Assembly (NCBI RefSeq): GCF_032062105.1
Contig: NW_026929278.1
Span: 186,001-250,000 of the forward strand
Direction of reading: 5' to 3'
Source: Saccostrea cucullata
Lineage: Eukaryota
Length of the DNA stretch: 64,000 nt
In this document: in pieces, positions 1 through 13,112 of the stretch
Position numbering within the stretch: position 1 is the stretch's first letter
Layout: every line of letters starts with the position of its first letter
Program-made: the position numbers and the translations under genes
Notes under the pieces: model-generated
Told to the model about the DNA's origin: nothing
The model's database searches: none
What the model saw: only the letters and a program-made list of their open reading frames with translations

Positions 1-230
1 CAAATGTTACAAGATTGAAAGAAATGCATTTTACCTACAAAAACTGAAAACAAATGTGTATTTCTCAAGTGTACCAAGGTCGACTTCAAACTTGTCGTCA
101 TCAATTTGTACGTTATCTTGGCTTTTTAAAACTTTTTTTCTGACGCGGGACGTCATACAGATAACGGTTGAGTAATTCTGTTCACTGATTTTAGTGCATA
201 GGAACATAAATTATTCTCTATGGCACCTCC

Positions 231-345
231 ATGGCACCTGATCCCACCTCTGATGTTTCGGAGGTCCGTGTTTGCTCTGCTCTTATTTTGTATATTTGTT
301 TAATGGACGTTGAGATTGAATACTGTTCGTTATTTCCATATCCTT
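231..345 (+). mobile_element. 3' end fragment of a Penelope-like (Naiad-type) retroelement family
   Basis: GGCACCTGATCCCACCTCTGATG...GAGGTCCGTGTTTGCTCTGCTC matches, in reverse complement, segments at 44430-44520 and 59905-60060. The 44430 segment is linked to PLE-like RT remnants. Confidence 0.55.
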
Positions 346-1639
346 CTCTAATCATTTTTCATAATATTTGGTCTTGCAGTCAGAACAAGTTCGCATTTTA
401 TTTTACCCCGCGTTTCATTTTCCTTTGAGTAGTATAATTTGTTTTATCTACTGCATTCCACTACATTTTTAAAAGATTTATTCGTTTAATTGATACATTA
501 TCTATTTATTTCAGCTAACAAGCGTTCTCGATGTAAGTATGAGTATAAGGATATACATATACATATAAATTTAGTTTTTTTGATTGTTAAAACTGGGGGA
601 CTGGTTAAATCTTGGCCTTTATTACCTTTTCAAATCAAGATTCTGAGGATAGAGATAAGTCACAGTAAGGAATCAAGTTTTACATGGGAATTAGGGAAGA
701 AAATTTTCATAATTCTACTTTTCATGAAGAAGGGCAAGATAAATATGGAAACATTCTAAGAAAGTGTAAATTCAAGTATGTACAAATCTTGATTCCAGGG
801 GTTAGGGAAGGATTATTATTTTCCTGGTGTTATTTGCTACCAACATGAAAATGCAAATTTGAAACCATTTCACATTCACCAATCATCTGTCAAATGATCA
901 CGGTTTAAGGTTAATGCATAGATGTTCTTGGAACATGTGTGTTTAAATTTTAAATATAAAATCAATGGACCCCCATTATGACATCACCAATTTTCTCTTA
1001 AAAGAAATATAAATCAATAAATGTTAAAATATAAGAGGAGTTCATGGAACCAGGATTATTTTTTTGCATAAAAAAAATCATTTCGCAGTTCAGATAAGGT
1101 GCGCAATGGAAATATCGACAATATTTTGTAATTAAAATGTATGCATAATCGGGATGGTAATTATTTTAGTACATTATTTATATTGGGTGATTATGTTTAT
1201 TAACTGCATAATTATTAAAGACGATTACATTTTAAATTAAGACTTGTCACGTGATTTGGCAGTCACGGGATTTAAGCATAATTACTTGCAGTAATGATAT
1301 TTTCATACATTTCACTAAAGCAAGGTAATTACCAAGATGAAATTCTAAGTTTAGTTTATCAATATTTCCAACAACATTGCAGTTTCTTAAAGTGCTGCAA
1401 TCCTATCAAGATTCTGCAATTTCATTGTTCAAATAATATTTATATGACCGAATGTTGTATTTTATGCTGATCAACGGTATGAAATATTGATTCTGAATAC
1501 TTTTGTAACGTGTTTGTCTAACACATATACTTAATGATTTTTCTCAGGGTCTAGGGCCCCCTCAGATACCTTGCTGAGGAATTTGATTGTTGACTAAAAT
1601 TTATTTACATATGCAAAATATACAGATATCGGGTGCTTT

Positions 1640-1960
1640 GATACTTTAACATATCGAAAAACTTCATCAAAAAACTTTGAGACTTTGAAAAAGTTTATTA
1701 AAAAATTTGACACTATAAAAAACTTTATTGAAAACTTTGACACTTTGAAAAACTTGATCGAAAACTTTAACACTTTGAAAAACTTTATCGAAAACTTTGA
1801 TATTTTGAAAAACTTTATCGAAAACTTAGACACTTTAAAAAACTTGATCGAAAACTTTCACACTTTGAAAAACTTTATCGAAAACTTTGATATTTTGAAA
1901 AACTTTATCGAAAACTTTAACACTTTGAAAAACTTTATTGAAAACTTTGACACTTTAAAA
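1640..1960. repeat. 30-bp tandem minisatellite (~10 units, CACTTTGAAAAACTTTATCGAAAACTTTGA)
   Basis: Clear 30-bp periodicity. It generates the repetitive ORFs 1685-1990 and 1594-1833. Confidence 0.95.
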
Positions 1961-3559
1961 TTTTATGGAAAGTGTCTTCCTTATAAATAAAACTATAAGT
2001 ATAAGTTGCATGGATTACCACTTGTAGAATCAAACCTATATTCTTCTAAAATACAACACATATTATGCGACTTACACACGAACACTATTGTCACCTGTTT
2101 TGTAAGCAGGGATCAGTACGTATTGATCATGTAATCTAATTCTTGTTGCACTTCTGGATTATTGAATACAATTGGTTAAATATTTCATATTGCTCCGCAA
2201 TCGTTTAATACACTTTGAAACATGGATTTAATACATGTAATCAATTTTGACAAAGTGTTGAGGTCTTATTTGTCATTTCTGGCTCATCGTCCGATATTAA
2301 TGAAATATTGATGCCAGTTAAAGGATCGGGGTTCCCTATATTCATTTTTTTTTCAAAGGTAATCAAAGGTCCTTATTAATATCTATATATATGTCACCTG
2401 TAATATCCTGAACAGCAGGACTATAGTGCTAGGGTGAAGAAAGACATGAACACAATGGAGGATTATTTTTCAGATATTCGATATCCAGGCTATGTAAAGT
2501 TTTTTTTGTGATTAAAACGTTTGGAAGCAATTGTCGATTAATATAAATAAAAATATAAGATTTTGTAGTCTGTGTAGAATTTAACTTGATGCACTTGGGA
2601 TACAAGATTGAATTCCTTTGTGATGAGGAATATTACTTATATTAAAAGCATCAATTCCTTTGTTGGTAATTAATGTATAAGGAAGAGACGGATTGTTAAA
2701 CTTGCATATTCTTCAGTAAAGCACGGAGTTTAAAAAGCTTATGATTTGCAACATTCTTAATCACAGATCTTAGTCTATAATCTAGTGTCGAGCTTTCCTT
2801 GACCTTTTCAAAAAGACTATTTAGAAGTTTCAACGGAGCAGAGTAAAGTGTGGTGCAAATATGATGTAGACCAAACTGTTGGTTTTAAAAGATGGAAATA
2901 AATCAAAAGAGACATTGTGTAATAAAGAGATATGTAAGAGTAGATATTACAGTTTAAGAATTAGAGCATTTTTGATGATCAGTATAATTCACTTATTACA
3001 CATGTATTTCATTGATTGCAGTGCACCTTAAATAACATGGTACAATTTTCTTTTTAGATTCACGGCGGCCTTCAGCGAGTAAGTATAAAGACACGATACA
3101 GTTTGTAATATAGTCTCAATATTTGGATACATTACAGAATACGCTAATGAGCATTTATAATAAAAGAAAATGATATTTCGAGGAAAATGATTTAAAACTG
3201 ATTGATGGTTATAGATGTTGATAGTCATTCATTAAAAAAATTCTATTGCAACATCTATAATTACAGATCTTATTCTATAATCTAGCGTCGAGTTTTCCTT
3301 GACCTTCTTAAAAAGATTATTTAAAGGCTTCACAAAGACAGAATAAAATCCCTCGTTAAAAACGACCAGTTGCCGACGGTTTTTGAAGCAAGAATTGGAT
3401 TCTTCGGGTGACAGACGGCAGTTCATCGGCCGTTGTCTTGCCCGATTTCGACCTTTTTTTCGTCGGTCGACCAATTTTACGTCCATTCCCTAACAAAAAA
3501 AAATACTATAGTAAACTATAATTAACTATAGTTAACTATAGTTTACTATAGTACCAAAG

Positions 3560-4110
3560 AAAAAAACTTTGGAACTTTGATTTACTTTGGCGAAAACTTT
3601 GGAACTTTGATTTACTATGGCGAAAACTTTGGAACTTTGATTTACTATGGTAATAACTTTGGAACATTGATTTACTATGGCGAAAACTTTGGAACTTTGA
3701 TCAACTTTGTCGAACACTTTGGAACTTTGATTTACTATAGTAATAACTTTCGAACTTTGATTTACGATGGCGAAAACTATGGAACTTTGATTAACTTTAT
3801 CGAAAACTTTGGAACTTTGATTTACTTTGGCGAAAACTTTGGAACTTTGATTTACTATGGCGAACACTTTGGAACTTTGATTTACTATGATAAAAAACTT
3901 TGGAACTTTGATTTACTATGGCAAAAACTTTGGAACTTTGATTTACTATAGTAAAAACTTTGGAACTTTGATTTACTATGGTGAAAATTTTGGAACTTTG
4001 ATTTACTATGGCGAAAAATTTGGAACTTTGATTTACTATAGTAAAAACTTTGGAACTTTGATTCACTATAGTTAAAACTTTGGAACTTTTATTTACCATA
4101 GTTAAAATGT
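3560..4110. repeat. 30-bp tandem minisatellite (~18 units, GGAACTTTGATTTACTATGGCGAAAACTTT)
   Basis: Direct 30-bp periodicity. Preceded by CCCTAACAAAAA...ACTATAGT short repeats from 3488. Confidence 0.95.
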
Positions 4111-5121
4111 GAAACAACTTGAGTAAAAACTCCAGACTTCCCTTATCATATACAAGTGATGCAAACAGTTTATGTTAAAAATTTTTCATTGTAACATAGA
4201 TTACACTTGAAAATAAATAGTAACAATAAATTTTAAAATGAAATACAAAAATACATCTATGTCTTCTCTTCATTGTTTTAAACAAAGCATGATTTTAATT
4301 TTGTTTAAAACGGTATTTAAAACAGGTATACATACATCTGTACAATATATGAATAGATTCTTTAATATTTTGGTCGTTAATATGAATGTTTAGATTTTTC
4401 CTATGAAACTATGTAGAGTAATGAGCTTTCATTTATCACAATTAATGTTTCCTGTATTTTTCTATACACGAAAGTTCATTTTGACAAATAAGACACAGTC
4501 AGGATACAACCTATCATTTCAAATTATAAGTAAAAAATATTATAGTAAGACATGAAGATAAAGCAATGGAATGAAGATTAAAAAATAAATTCTATAAAAC
4601 ACATATACTTGAATTTTTCATCCTGAGGAAAATACTATAAACTTCATAAGAATGAAAACAGAAAAATACTCAACAAAAAGAATTAACACGACTTTGCATC
4701 AATCTATAAAAACACATATACACTTTGAAATATATAACAACGAATATTCTTTAATACAGCTTCTAAGAATAAATTAGGACAATTAAATTAAATGAAACAG
4801 ACAAAAATGATATTGCGTTATCTGGCATTCAATGCCTTAAATAAACAAATAAGTTGCTAAATATAATACAATACGTAAACTAGTAAAAGAAAAAAAAACA
4901 GCACTACAAAACTACTCACTCTATATATACATATAAAAACACATGCAATATAAAAACTGAAAGTCAAGAAACTTAATTGGCACTATTTAAATACACAATA
5001 CATACATGTACTGGTACGTCAAAAAATAAAAATAATTTTAAATGTCCTTTTCCTGGTATTTATAATAATTTAATAATCACAGTCGAAAATCACAAGGTTG
5101 AGCAATGGTTGTGAAAACAAC

Positions 5122-7205
5122 TCATGGATCCTCTGGTGTGGGGACTTTCCTGGCCTTCTTATGGATGCTGTTGAGCTTCGTCCGCACTGTCTTCTTGATT
5201 TCTTCAGCCGACACTTGCCATTGGGTCCTGGTGTAAGCTAGAAAGTAAATGACATACATATTTATTTATAATGATATTAAACGATTTTCTCTAGGGCAGT
5301 AATATTTGAGACTGTGTCATGTTCAATGAATTTAAAATTTCATTCATTCTTTACTTTTTACATCATTTAAGAAGAGCTCATCTTCTAATACTCTTGTATA
5401 AGCCTTGGTTATAAGAAATACCCTTTTAATATGACACCAAAATTAGGCAGCTTAAGTACTGTAAACCCTATTTCTTTGAAGGAATGAACATTTACAGTAA
5501 ATATTTAAAAGAATTGGTTAAGAAATAGCTTACAAATGATGTCTGCTAATTTCTCAGCATCCAGCGCTGGTTTGATGTCCTCGGTTTTTGTCCTTCCCTT
5601 TGAACCGGTCAGGCTACATTCTGCCATTTCCTCCTTTGTAAAGATCTCCTCCATTATGAAGTTCACAAGATGGCTGTATCTGGAGCCTACATTGCTCTTT
5701 AGCTTTTTGGCTGAGATGCAGGCACTGCCAAACTGTATCACCTGATAAAAATAATTACCTTTTTAATTACAAAATTCATTTTGTTCCATTGATGAAGGCG
5801 AAATTTCTTACAGGTGCAAGATGATTTATGGTTTTGAAGAATATTCACATTAAAAATGCTAAAAGTTGGTATTCAATGAAAATTATAATATTTGTGAGTT
5901 AATAGAGTTTACTATTCTATAATAAATTCTAAGATAAATTACTATTTCAATAGTATAAATTTTACATGAAACCATGCACTATTTTGAGAAATCACCTAGC
6001 ACAATTACAGCTGTAACTGTCCTAAGAGGTACATATTTCTGATCCAATCTCAATAAAATCATACTTCTTACATCAAACTATTTATTAAAAATTTTCACAT
6101 CTTTTTGCCAGTGTGCAAGTTGATTTTTTCTTAAAACAAAATAGACTAAACTGTGAATTAATATAAACTTAAAAACTTTTCCAATAACATTACCTCTTCC
6201 CCATTTTCATTTTCTGGAGCCACAGGTGTGATGGCCTGTAAAGGGGCTCTTCTAATTCCCTGTGTTGGGGAGACAGGCTTCGGTGTTGACAACACAGCAG
6301 AAGGCTTGGTGCTTGGAGACGGTGTAGGGGAACTCTTCAGTCTCCTTACTTTCTGCAGAAGGTCTGGAAGTTCTAAAAAAAAAAATAAGATATTCATTAA
6401 AGATTTCAGCTGAATTGGAATGTCACTTTTTTTTCAAATGTTGTCAGAAAATATGGTATCATTCTGGCAGATCAATGTTCAGAATTATGTGGTTTATCTT
6501 ATACCACCCTATGTGCATCCCCACAATTGAATACTTTGTTAAAACTTGAAATGTTGCATCATTTGTATAAAAAAATCACATGAAATTACATCCCAGAATT
6601 CGGTAAAATTCTGCTTACCCAGGAACACAAATCTGTCATTAAGTATTCCAACAGAGTTACATGTGCGAAATCATGATTCTTTTGAAATTTTACGAAACTT
6701 TATATATATTTTAGAATCATGTAGAATTATCTCATAGAGCTGATGAATGAAAGTTTCTAAGAAAAAACTCACTGGCAATTTAAAATCATGATTCATTTCA
6801 ATGGACCAATGTTTTTCTTCTCATTCTAGTAACTTGATAAAAAAAATGTAGTAATTATGTATTATGATGTAAGGGCTTTTCAAGTAAAAATTATGTGGAG
6901 GGTATGAAACAACTATCAAAATTTATGCTGTGTGTGTGCTTAAGGCCATCCCCTCTCCCTCCCCCTCTTAAGAAAATAGCTCAGGAATAACTATAACTTT
7001 AAATTGACAACCTACCTTTAGCAAGTCCCAGAGCGGCACGTAAATTTTCATTTTCCTGGGACAATCGTCTTATCTCCTTTGATCTCTTTTGAAGTTCGAA
7101 CGCTTGCATCTGACATTTGGTCATCAGCTCTTCTTTCGAAAGTCGAAGATCTTCTTCATCATCGGATGAAACAACCTCCTCTAAATTTCTCAACCAGGAT
7201 GATTT
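5122..7205 (-). CDS. Spliced coiled-coil + BEN-domain protein (BEND5/BEND6/Insensitive-like architecture), 5' exon not found
   Basis: Exons 7205-7016, 6372-6194, 5741-5534 and 5237-5122, with GT-AG introns of phases 1,0,1, join into 230 aa with no stops. Order: acidic patch, coiled coil (LQKRSKEIRRLSQENENLRAAL), S/P-rich linker, then BEN motifs EEIFTKEEMAECSLTG...KPALDAEKLADIISY...EEIKKTVRTKLN. Confidence 0.85.
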
Positions 7206-7829
7206 CTAAAAAAAGCAAGTTGTCAATTAGCAAAATAAAGCAAACAAAAACAATAATACTCACTAGTAATACCCCTGCTCTGATACACTATCATTCTAAT
7301 ATGTTAAGTTCAATCACGGCAGACAGTTCAATAGGTACTTGACATCAGATTCATGCAAAAATAAAAAATGCAAAGTTGCTGAGAAAACTGCTACAAACAT
7401 TTGTTATGTATGGTATGAACAGATGCAAAGACCAACACAAAGTTGACATGGAATACCAGGGGTGTGCAATTGCAAAAATTAGTTACTAGCTCATTGGGCT
7501 ACAGCCCTGGTTGCCAGTCACAAGCCCATAAGCTACCGAAAACAATATATGTTTAACATAAAGGTAAAAAAAAAAAAACAAGAGGCTCACAGGCCTTATA
7601 TTTCACCTGAGTATTGTGTAACAACTTTTTAACAATTAACTCGGTTCGTGTTTTACACTAGAGGCCAGGAAATTCACAATTCACAATTCTGAAAGAGGCA
7701 CCATTGATCATCATAATTATAAACTTAGCATGCTTACCCTTTTTACTTAATACCCAGAGGTAGATCAGAGTAACTAAGAGAAAATGCAGTTCCACTTTAT
7801 ACCCAGTTGTGCACCTCACCCCAAGTTAT

Positions 7830-8152
7830 AATTATATCCCCGCTCCGAAGGACTGGGGCGTATACTGGTTTATCCTTGTGTGTCTGTCCCTCCGTCTTTC
7901 TGTCCGTAACTTTGCAGTTTTCTCATCAACTACTCATCGAAGATGCTTGACATTTTAACATAATCTTCTTTGAGGCATGCCATACGGTGGGATATATTTT
8001 TGTTCAAATCCGATATCAACTTCTTGTTTGTCTGTGCGTCTGTCCATTTGCCTGTAATTGAACTTGTGAAAATTAACATCATAAAATGATAAGGTTTTTG
8101 ACATCAGGGAGGGGGTATTACTAGCATGAATTTGCTCACATATTTCTTGTTT
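7830..8152 (+). mobile_element. Short non-autonomous Helentron/HINE-like element
   Basis: TTATATCCCCGCTCCGAAGG...GGGGCGTATA start, followed by a GTCT/GTCC-rich microsatellite; ends GCTCAC...TTCTTGTTT. Confidence 0.5.
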
Positions 8153-10109
8153 TGTCTACGTTGGTGACCGATTTCTTCAGTTAAAGTTGTTCGTCGACCA
8201 ACCTTCGATCATCATCCGGCCATCGGCGGTCAGTTTATTAAGTCAGTCGTCCGTCGTTCGACAATATAGGTGTCCAAAATTACGTCCGACAGTTAAAATC
8301 AAACAGTAGCTGAATGCTCGATGATCAGGCGACGATTGACCGACTTGTGATTATTTAACCTATAAAGGATACATAACACAAACAACATGTCAATGCATGG
8401 ATCGGTATATACTTTTTGAACGAAAATAACATAAATTATTATTCTATTAGACATAAGGAAATCTTAAACATCCCTTGCTACTAAAATATGCTTTTTTGCA
8501 ATTTTAAAGAGAATTTTGAACATATTTATAACATTGAGTGAGAATTGTACCACTTTTCTTTGCAAACCTATCTGAATATGGATCACCTATCTGAATATAG
8601 ATCTACGAAAAATATCGCTTATTTCTAAAGAAAAAAAAAACGACTTTGCTGTGTTCTTTATCCAAGTCATCAGTGTTCCTAGGGAAAATGTGACTGCTCC
8701 GTTCCGGCCAATCAAGTTCATGCAGCCGACAATACCAGAAAAATTTGGCCGCCCGATCATCGGCTTAATTGTGACCTAGGCATAAAGTGTGGTGCAAAAA
8801 TGATGTAGACCAAACTGTTGATTTCAAAAGATGGAATTATTCAATTTTTATTACTCATTTTTTTTATTGATTGCAGTGCAGCTCAAAGAACAGTTAAAAA
8901 GTACAATTTTTGCTTTTTAGATTTACGGCGGCATTCAGCAAGTAAGTATAAAGGCACGATACAGTTTGCAATACAGTCTCTATATTTGGATATTTTACTG
9001 AATATTTACGCTAATGAGCATTTATAATTTATAATGAGCATTTATAATATGAGTGTATGTATTTTTTGTATCTGATAAAATATAACTATTTGTGTTTTGT
9101 ATCTGTTGAAAACTTGCATATTTATAAAATGAAACATGAATTTTATAAAAATAATAGTTTGGTATATTTCGTCAATTTTTGTCAGTAATTATCAATGTTG
9201 TCCACGAACTTTACTGACAACCCTCGTATATAACCTAAAGTTTCATTTTCTTAACGTTCAATTTTATTAGATTAATAAAGATAACTTACACAAATATATT
9301 GGATTATTGTTTCCAAATTCCAGAGCCTGGTGATCCACCGTGTAAGTATAATTTTATATTGCTTTAATCGTTTTTTAATTAGCTTTATGAAAAGTAAATA
9401 TTTCGTAAAATGTTTTTCTTGAATTGCCTGTTGTATTTTTTTTTACACAATTCATTCCCGGAAAAAAATAGATTAAATTATCCCCCCCCAAAAAAAACCC
9501 AACACATAACTGGACATATTTTTGTTTGCGTATATAATTGTTTATCAGAAGGTTTGACAAAAACTCTTGATATATTGATAAAATGGATGTTTTCATTTCG
9601 TACAGATGGAAGTAATTAGAAAAAAAATCCTTCTCTTAGTCATTAACTGATTGAATTTATATGTATAACTTGCAGCATGTTAAGGTTTCCACAAATTTTG
9701 AACGTGTTCAAAACATAATATTACAGTGCAAGGTCGATTTTGATTTTTATTTGTACTGTATATAATTTAGTACGATCAATAAATATAAAGAGCTATCTTA
9801 AATATATAAAAACCAATATATTCTCAGGGTCTTATTGATACATTAGAATGCATTAAGAATATTCTACCTTTTCAATATCAGTGGTACGTTATGGCGTCTT
9901 AGAAGACGAGATGACGTCAACTTTAGAACACATAAAGTTTTATGGATATTGGTATTTAGAGATGTTTATTTATTTTGTTTCGCCATATCTCTCCTTTAAA
10001 TTTAAATCTGCAAGAGATGACGTCTTACATAAGAGGCTTCAACAGGTACATGTAACTTTGGAATTAGTCAAATTGTCGAAAGAGAACATGTCAATGAACT
10101 CTCCTTACA

Positions 10110-11151
10110 TTGTTCTCTTCAAATAAAATGCAGACCAACCCTGAAAATTTTCAGGCAATTTCTATTTGAAAGTAAAAATTGTTTTTGATTAGGATGGAAT
10201 CAAAATTCCTTGTGATGATGAAGTAAAGCTTCTAGGTATTACCATGGAGATCAAGTTGTCTTTTGATACACATATTACAATTATGTGTTAAAAGGCTGCA
10301 AGGCAATTAAATGTTCTTAAACGATTAGGAAACCACTTAACTAAAATAGGAAAGCTTACAATATATCACTCTATTATCAAGTCAAATTTTAGTTATTCCC
10401 TCTTAACATGGCATTTCTGTACTGAACCGAACACTCACAAAATAGAAAGATTTCCGAAAAGAGCATTGAGATTTATTTATGAAGATTATAAAAGTTTTTA
10501 TGAAAGTCTTTTACATGAATCTAAACTACCATCTCTGAAATCCAGAAGAATGCGTGCCATTGCTCTAGAAACTTTTAAAATTATTCAAGGTTTAAGTGCA
10601 ATCTTTTTTCAAGATCTGGTCGTTTTAAAAAAAAATAATTCATACAATTTTAGGTTTTGAAATACTGCAGAGGTCCCAAGACCAAGAACTAGAAGGTATG
10701 GGATAAAATAATTTAGGTATGAGGTAACAAAGCTCTGGAACTCTCTGTCCAATGAAGCCAGGCAAGCCTCATGACTAATGTTTATCTTTGCAGACGATCG
10801 TCATGAGTTATTGTTTTACAATATTGTGCTGTCTTAATCTTTTCTCTTTTTCATGTGTGCATTACATTTGTATTCTGTACCTGTTGCTTTCTTATGTTGG
10901 CTATTTTCTTTTCTTTGTGTATTTCTCAGATGTTCTGTCTTTTATTTCTTTTTTTTATGTGTGTTAATAAATGTCTTTGGTTAAATTAGTGCGTTTAAAT
11001 GTACTTCTGTCTTCGTGAAACTTTATGTAATAACTCTGCTCATATATGTATATACATTTATGTACATTTTATTAGTGCTTAATATGTTTCTATGATCTAG
11101 TCGGTAAGAGAGCTTTATAGCTTATGTCCTTTGTTATGTATATATAGTCAG
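10110..11151 (+). mobile_element. 5'-truncated, degenerate CR1/L2/Crack-group LINE (RT C-terminus + 3' UTR)
   Basis: Frame-disrupted motifs VKLLGIT, KAARQLNVLKRLG, LTWHFC, KRALRFIYEDY...LPSLKSRRMR...ETFKI, KLWNSL. Confidence 0.8.
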
Positions 11152-11598
11152 NNNNNNNNNNNNNNNNNNNNNNNNNNNNNNNNNNNNNNNNNNNNNNNNN
11201 NNNNNNNNNNNNNNNNNNNNNNNNNNNNNNNNNNNNNNNNNNNNNNNNNNNNNNNNNNNNNNNNNNNNNNNNNNNNNNNNNNNNNNNNNNNNNNNNNNNN
11301 NNNNNNNNNNNNNNNNNNNNNNNNNNNNNNNNNNNNNNNNNNNNNNNNNNNNNNNNNNNNNNNNNNNNNNNNNNNNNNNNNNNNNNNNNNNNNNNNNNNN
11401 NNNNNNNNNNNNNNNNNNNNNNNNNNNNNNNNNNNNNNNNNNNNNNNNNNNNNNNNNNNNNNNNNNNNNNNNNNNNNNNNNNNNNNNNNNNNNNNNNNNN
11501 NNNNNNNNNNNNNNNNNNNNNNNNNNNNNNNNNNNNNNNNNNNNNNNNNNNNNNNNNNNNNNNNNNNNNNNNNNNNNNNNNNNNNNNNNNNNNNNNNN
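11152..11598. other. Assembly gap (447 N)
   Basis: Run of N. Confidence 1.
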
Positions 11599-11882
11599 AA
11601 AGTAATGAATAAAACCCGTGCAATGCCTATTGCCTAAAAGTGAATACATGTAATTGTAATACATGTTCACTTTGTATTTTAAAAGTCTGATTTGTATATG
11701 GTTTTTCTAATACCTTTTAATGGCAATGATAAATATTTAAGCTGCGGTTTAACACAATATACACTATGAATACGAGTATATAAAAGTTCTGCATCTCTTG
11801 AAATTGGAGGAAGAAATGGAAACAAAAAGCAATATTCAAATGCAGATTAAAAAATTCGTTGTTCACTGCTTCTTTTTATTAA

Positions 11883-12459
11883 GGTAGTCTGATGCTCAGG
11901 TTTATAAAACTAGCAGTGAAGTAATCAAAAGTACTTATAAAAGTTTCTCTGAATCCAAATATATTTTTGCAGAAACTGCGAACTGGAATATCAACAATGC
12001 ATTTTCTAATTGCAAATTAGTCAACAAATATATTTTAGGTTAAAAATCTATAGGTATTCGAGCATTCAAAGAGATTGTCATGATTTTTATATTTATTTGG
12101 TATTTTTTGTCTTCTATTTCCGACACGTATTCTATAAAACGTAGTGAAAAAGGCTTTTGCTGTCATTGCAAGACACCACAAAACTCTTCTCATTTCATAT
12201 CATGCTAATAAACATTTGTATCTAAGGCTGGTTTCCAGATAATCTGATTTCCCTAAAACTGTATTATATTTTTTGACTCTTATAGGGTACGAATGGCAAC
12301 TTAAAAGTTTCTAAACTTCCAAAGACCTTGAACCTCATAGAGATGAATAAAATAAAAATTGTTGCATGGAAAAATTTCATTTTCAAGCTTCATTTTGATG
12401 CATTTCAAATTGAATACTAATTTTTGGAGTTATCTTTCCTGACTGAGGATCGGATATCC
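11883..12459. mobile_element. TTAA-flanked MITE (Kolobok/piggyBac-type non-autonomous)
   Basis: TTAA|GGTAGTCTGATGCTCAG ... CTGAGGATCGGATATCC|TTAA: imperfect 17-bp TIRs with TTAA on both sides. Confidence 0.65.
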
Positions 12460-12646
12460 TTAATTTCTTTTTCTCAGCGGATGTAAAAATAAATGGCTAT
12501 GAATATATGTAATTCTTGTGACAAGACCTTTCCAAGGACACCAACAACTTTTACCCACTGTTCCTGTCCTAGGAATTTGACCTACTGAAAAAAAACTTTA
12601 ACCTTAGACATTACGTGTTGAACTGTTAAATAGAGGGCTTTCATAA

Positions 12647-13112
12647 TTATGCCGCCTCGAGCGAAGACTGAACGATGTTTTTCATCTACGGGCTGTTTCT
12701 CGAAGATGGCTCGGACAATCTTCCTGAATTTTTTTTCAAGGGACAATAACTGGTTGAAGTTCCGTTTTGTGGTTATTCAGTTTCAAAATGGCTACCGTTG
12801 CCATGGAAACATGCAAAAAGCGACGAATTTTGTCCGAGGGTGTTCTCTCTGGTTCCTTGGATATTCGTCATGAAACTTTACTGATTTAATGATTAGTATC
12901 TGTAATTGAGCATGTTGCATTTAGAAGTTGCAAATTGTCAATAGTTGCCATGTAGACATGGAAAAGTGAATTTTTCTAACTTTGATTTGGAATGATACAA
13001 GTAGATGTTTGTCCAAGCTTAGCTGATGGGAGTTGTTTTAGTGAAAAAATTAAAGTGTCGTCCAGTTTCGAGCGAAATACGCTATTGCCTGTATTAACTG
13101 ACTTCCTAGTTC
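12647..13112 (+). mobile_element. Helentron/HINE-like element remnant (also at ~23900-24372)
   Basis: TTATGCCGCC...GAGCGAAG start; GCTATTGC...TTCCTAGTT end. Confidence 0.45.

Larger units (their letters stand above)
3348..8782. mobile_element. ~5.4-kb non-autonomous insertion carrying a BEN-domain gene (DNA transposon-like, superfamily uncertain)
   Basis: Precisely interrupts a local duplicate, with TAAA at both ends (3344-3347, 8783-8786). CpG-rich subterminal segments at 3360-3487, 8160-8345 and 8690-8780. TIRs are very weak and no transposase is seen. Confidence 0.7.
2745..9030 (+). repeat. ~500-bp diverged tandem duplication; second copy split by an insertion
   Basis: Copy 1 spans ~2745-3245 (CAGATCTTAGTCTATAATCTAG...GCAGAGTAAAGTGTGGTGCAAATATGATGTAGACCAAACTG). 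Copy 2 is ~3245-3347 (CAGATCTTATTCTATAATCTAG...ACAGAATAAA) and resumes at 8783 (TAAAGTGTGGTGCAAAAATGATGTAGACCAAACTG) to ~9030. Confidence 0.85.

Noticed and set aside
1594-4117. Repetitive ORFs (KNFIENFDTL; NFGTLIYYGE; VNQSSKVFAI) and CRISPR-like regular spacing
   Set aside because: These are translations of 30-bp minisatellites, open on both strands. There are no unique spacers and no cas genes.
11090-11670. Three long ORFs
   Set aside because: Artefacts of the N gap.
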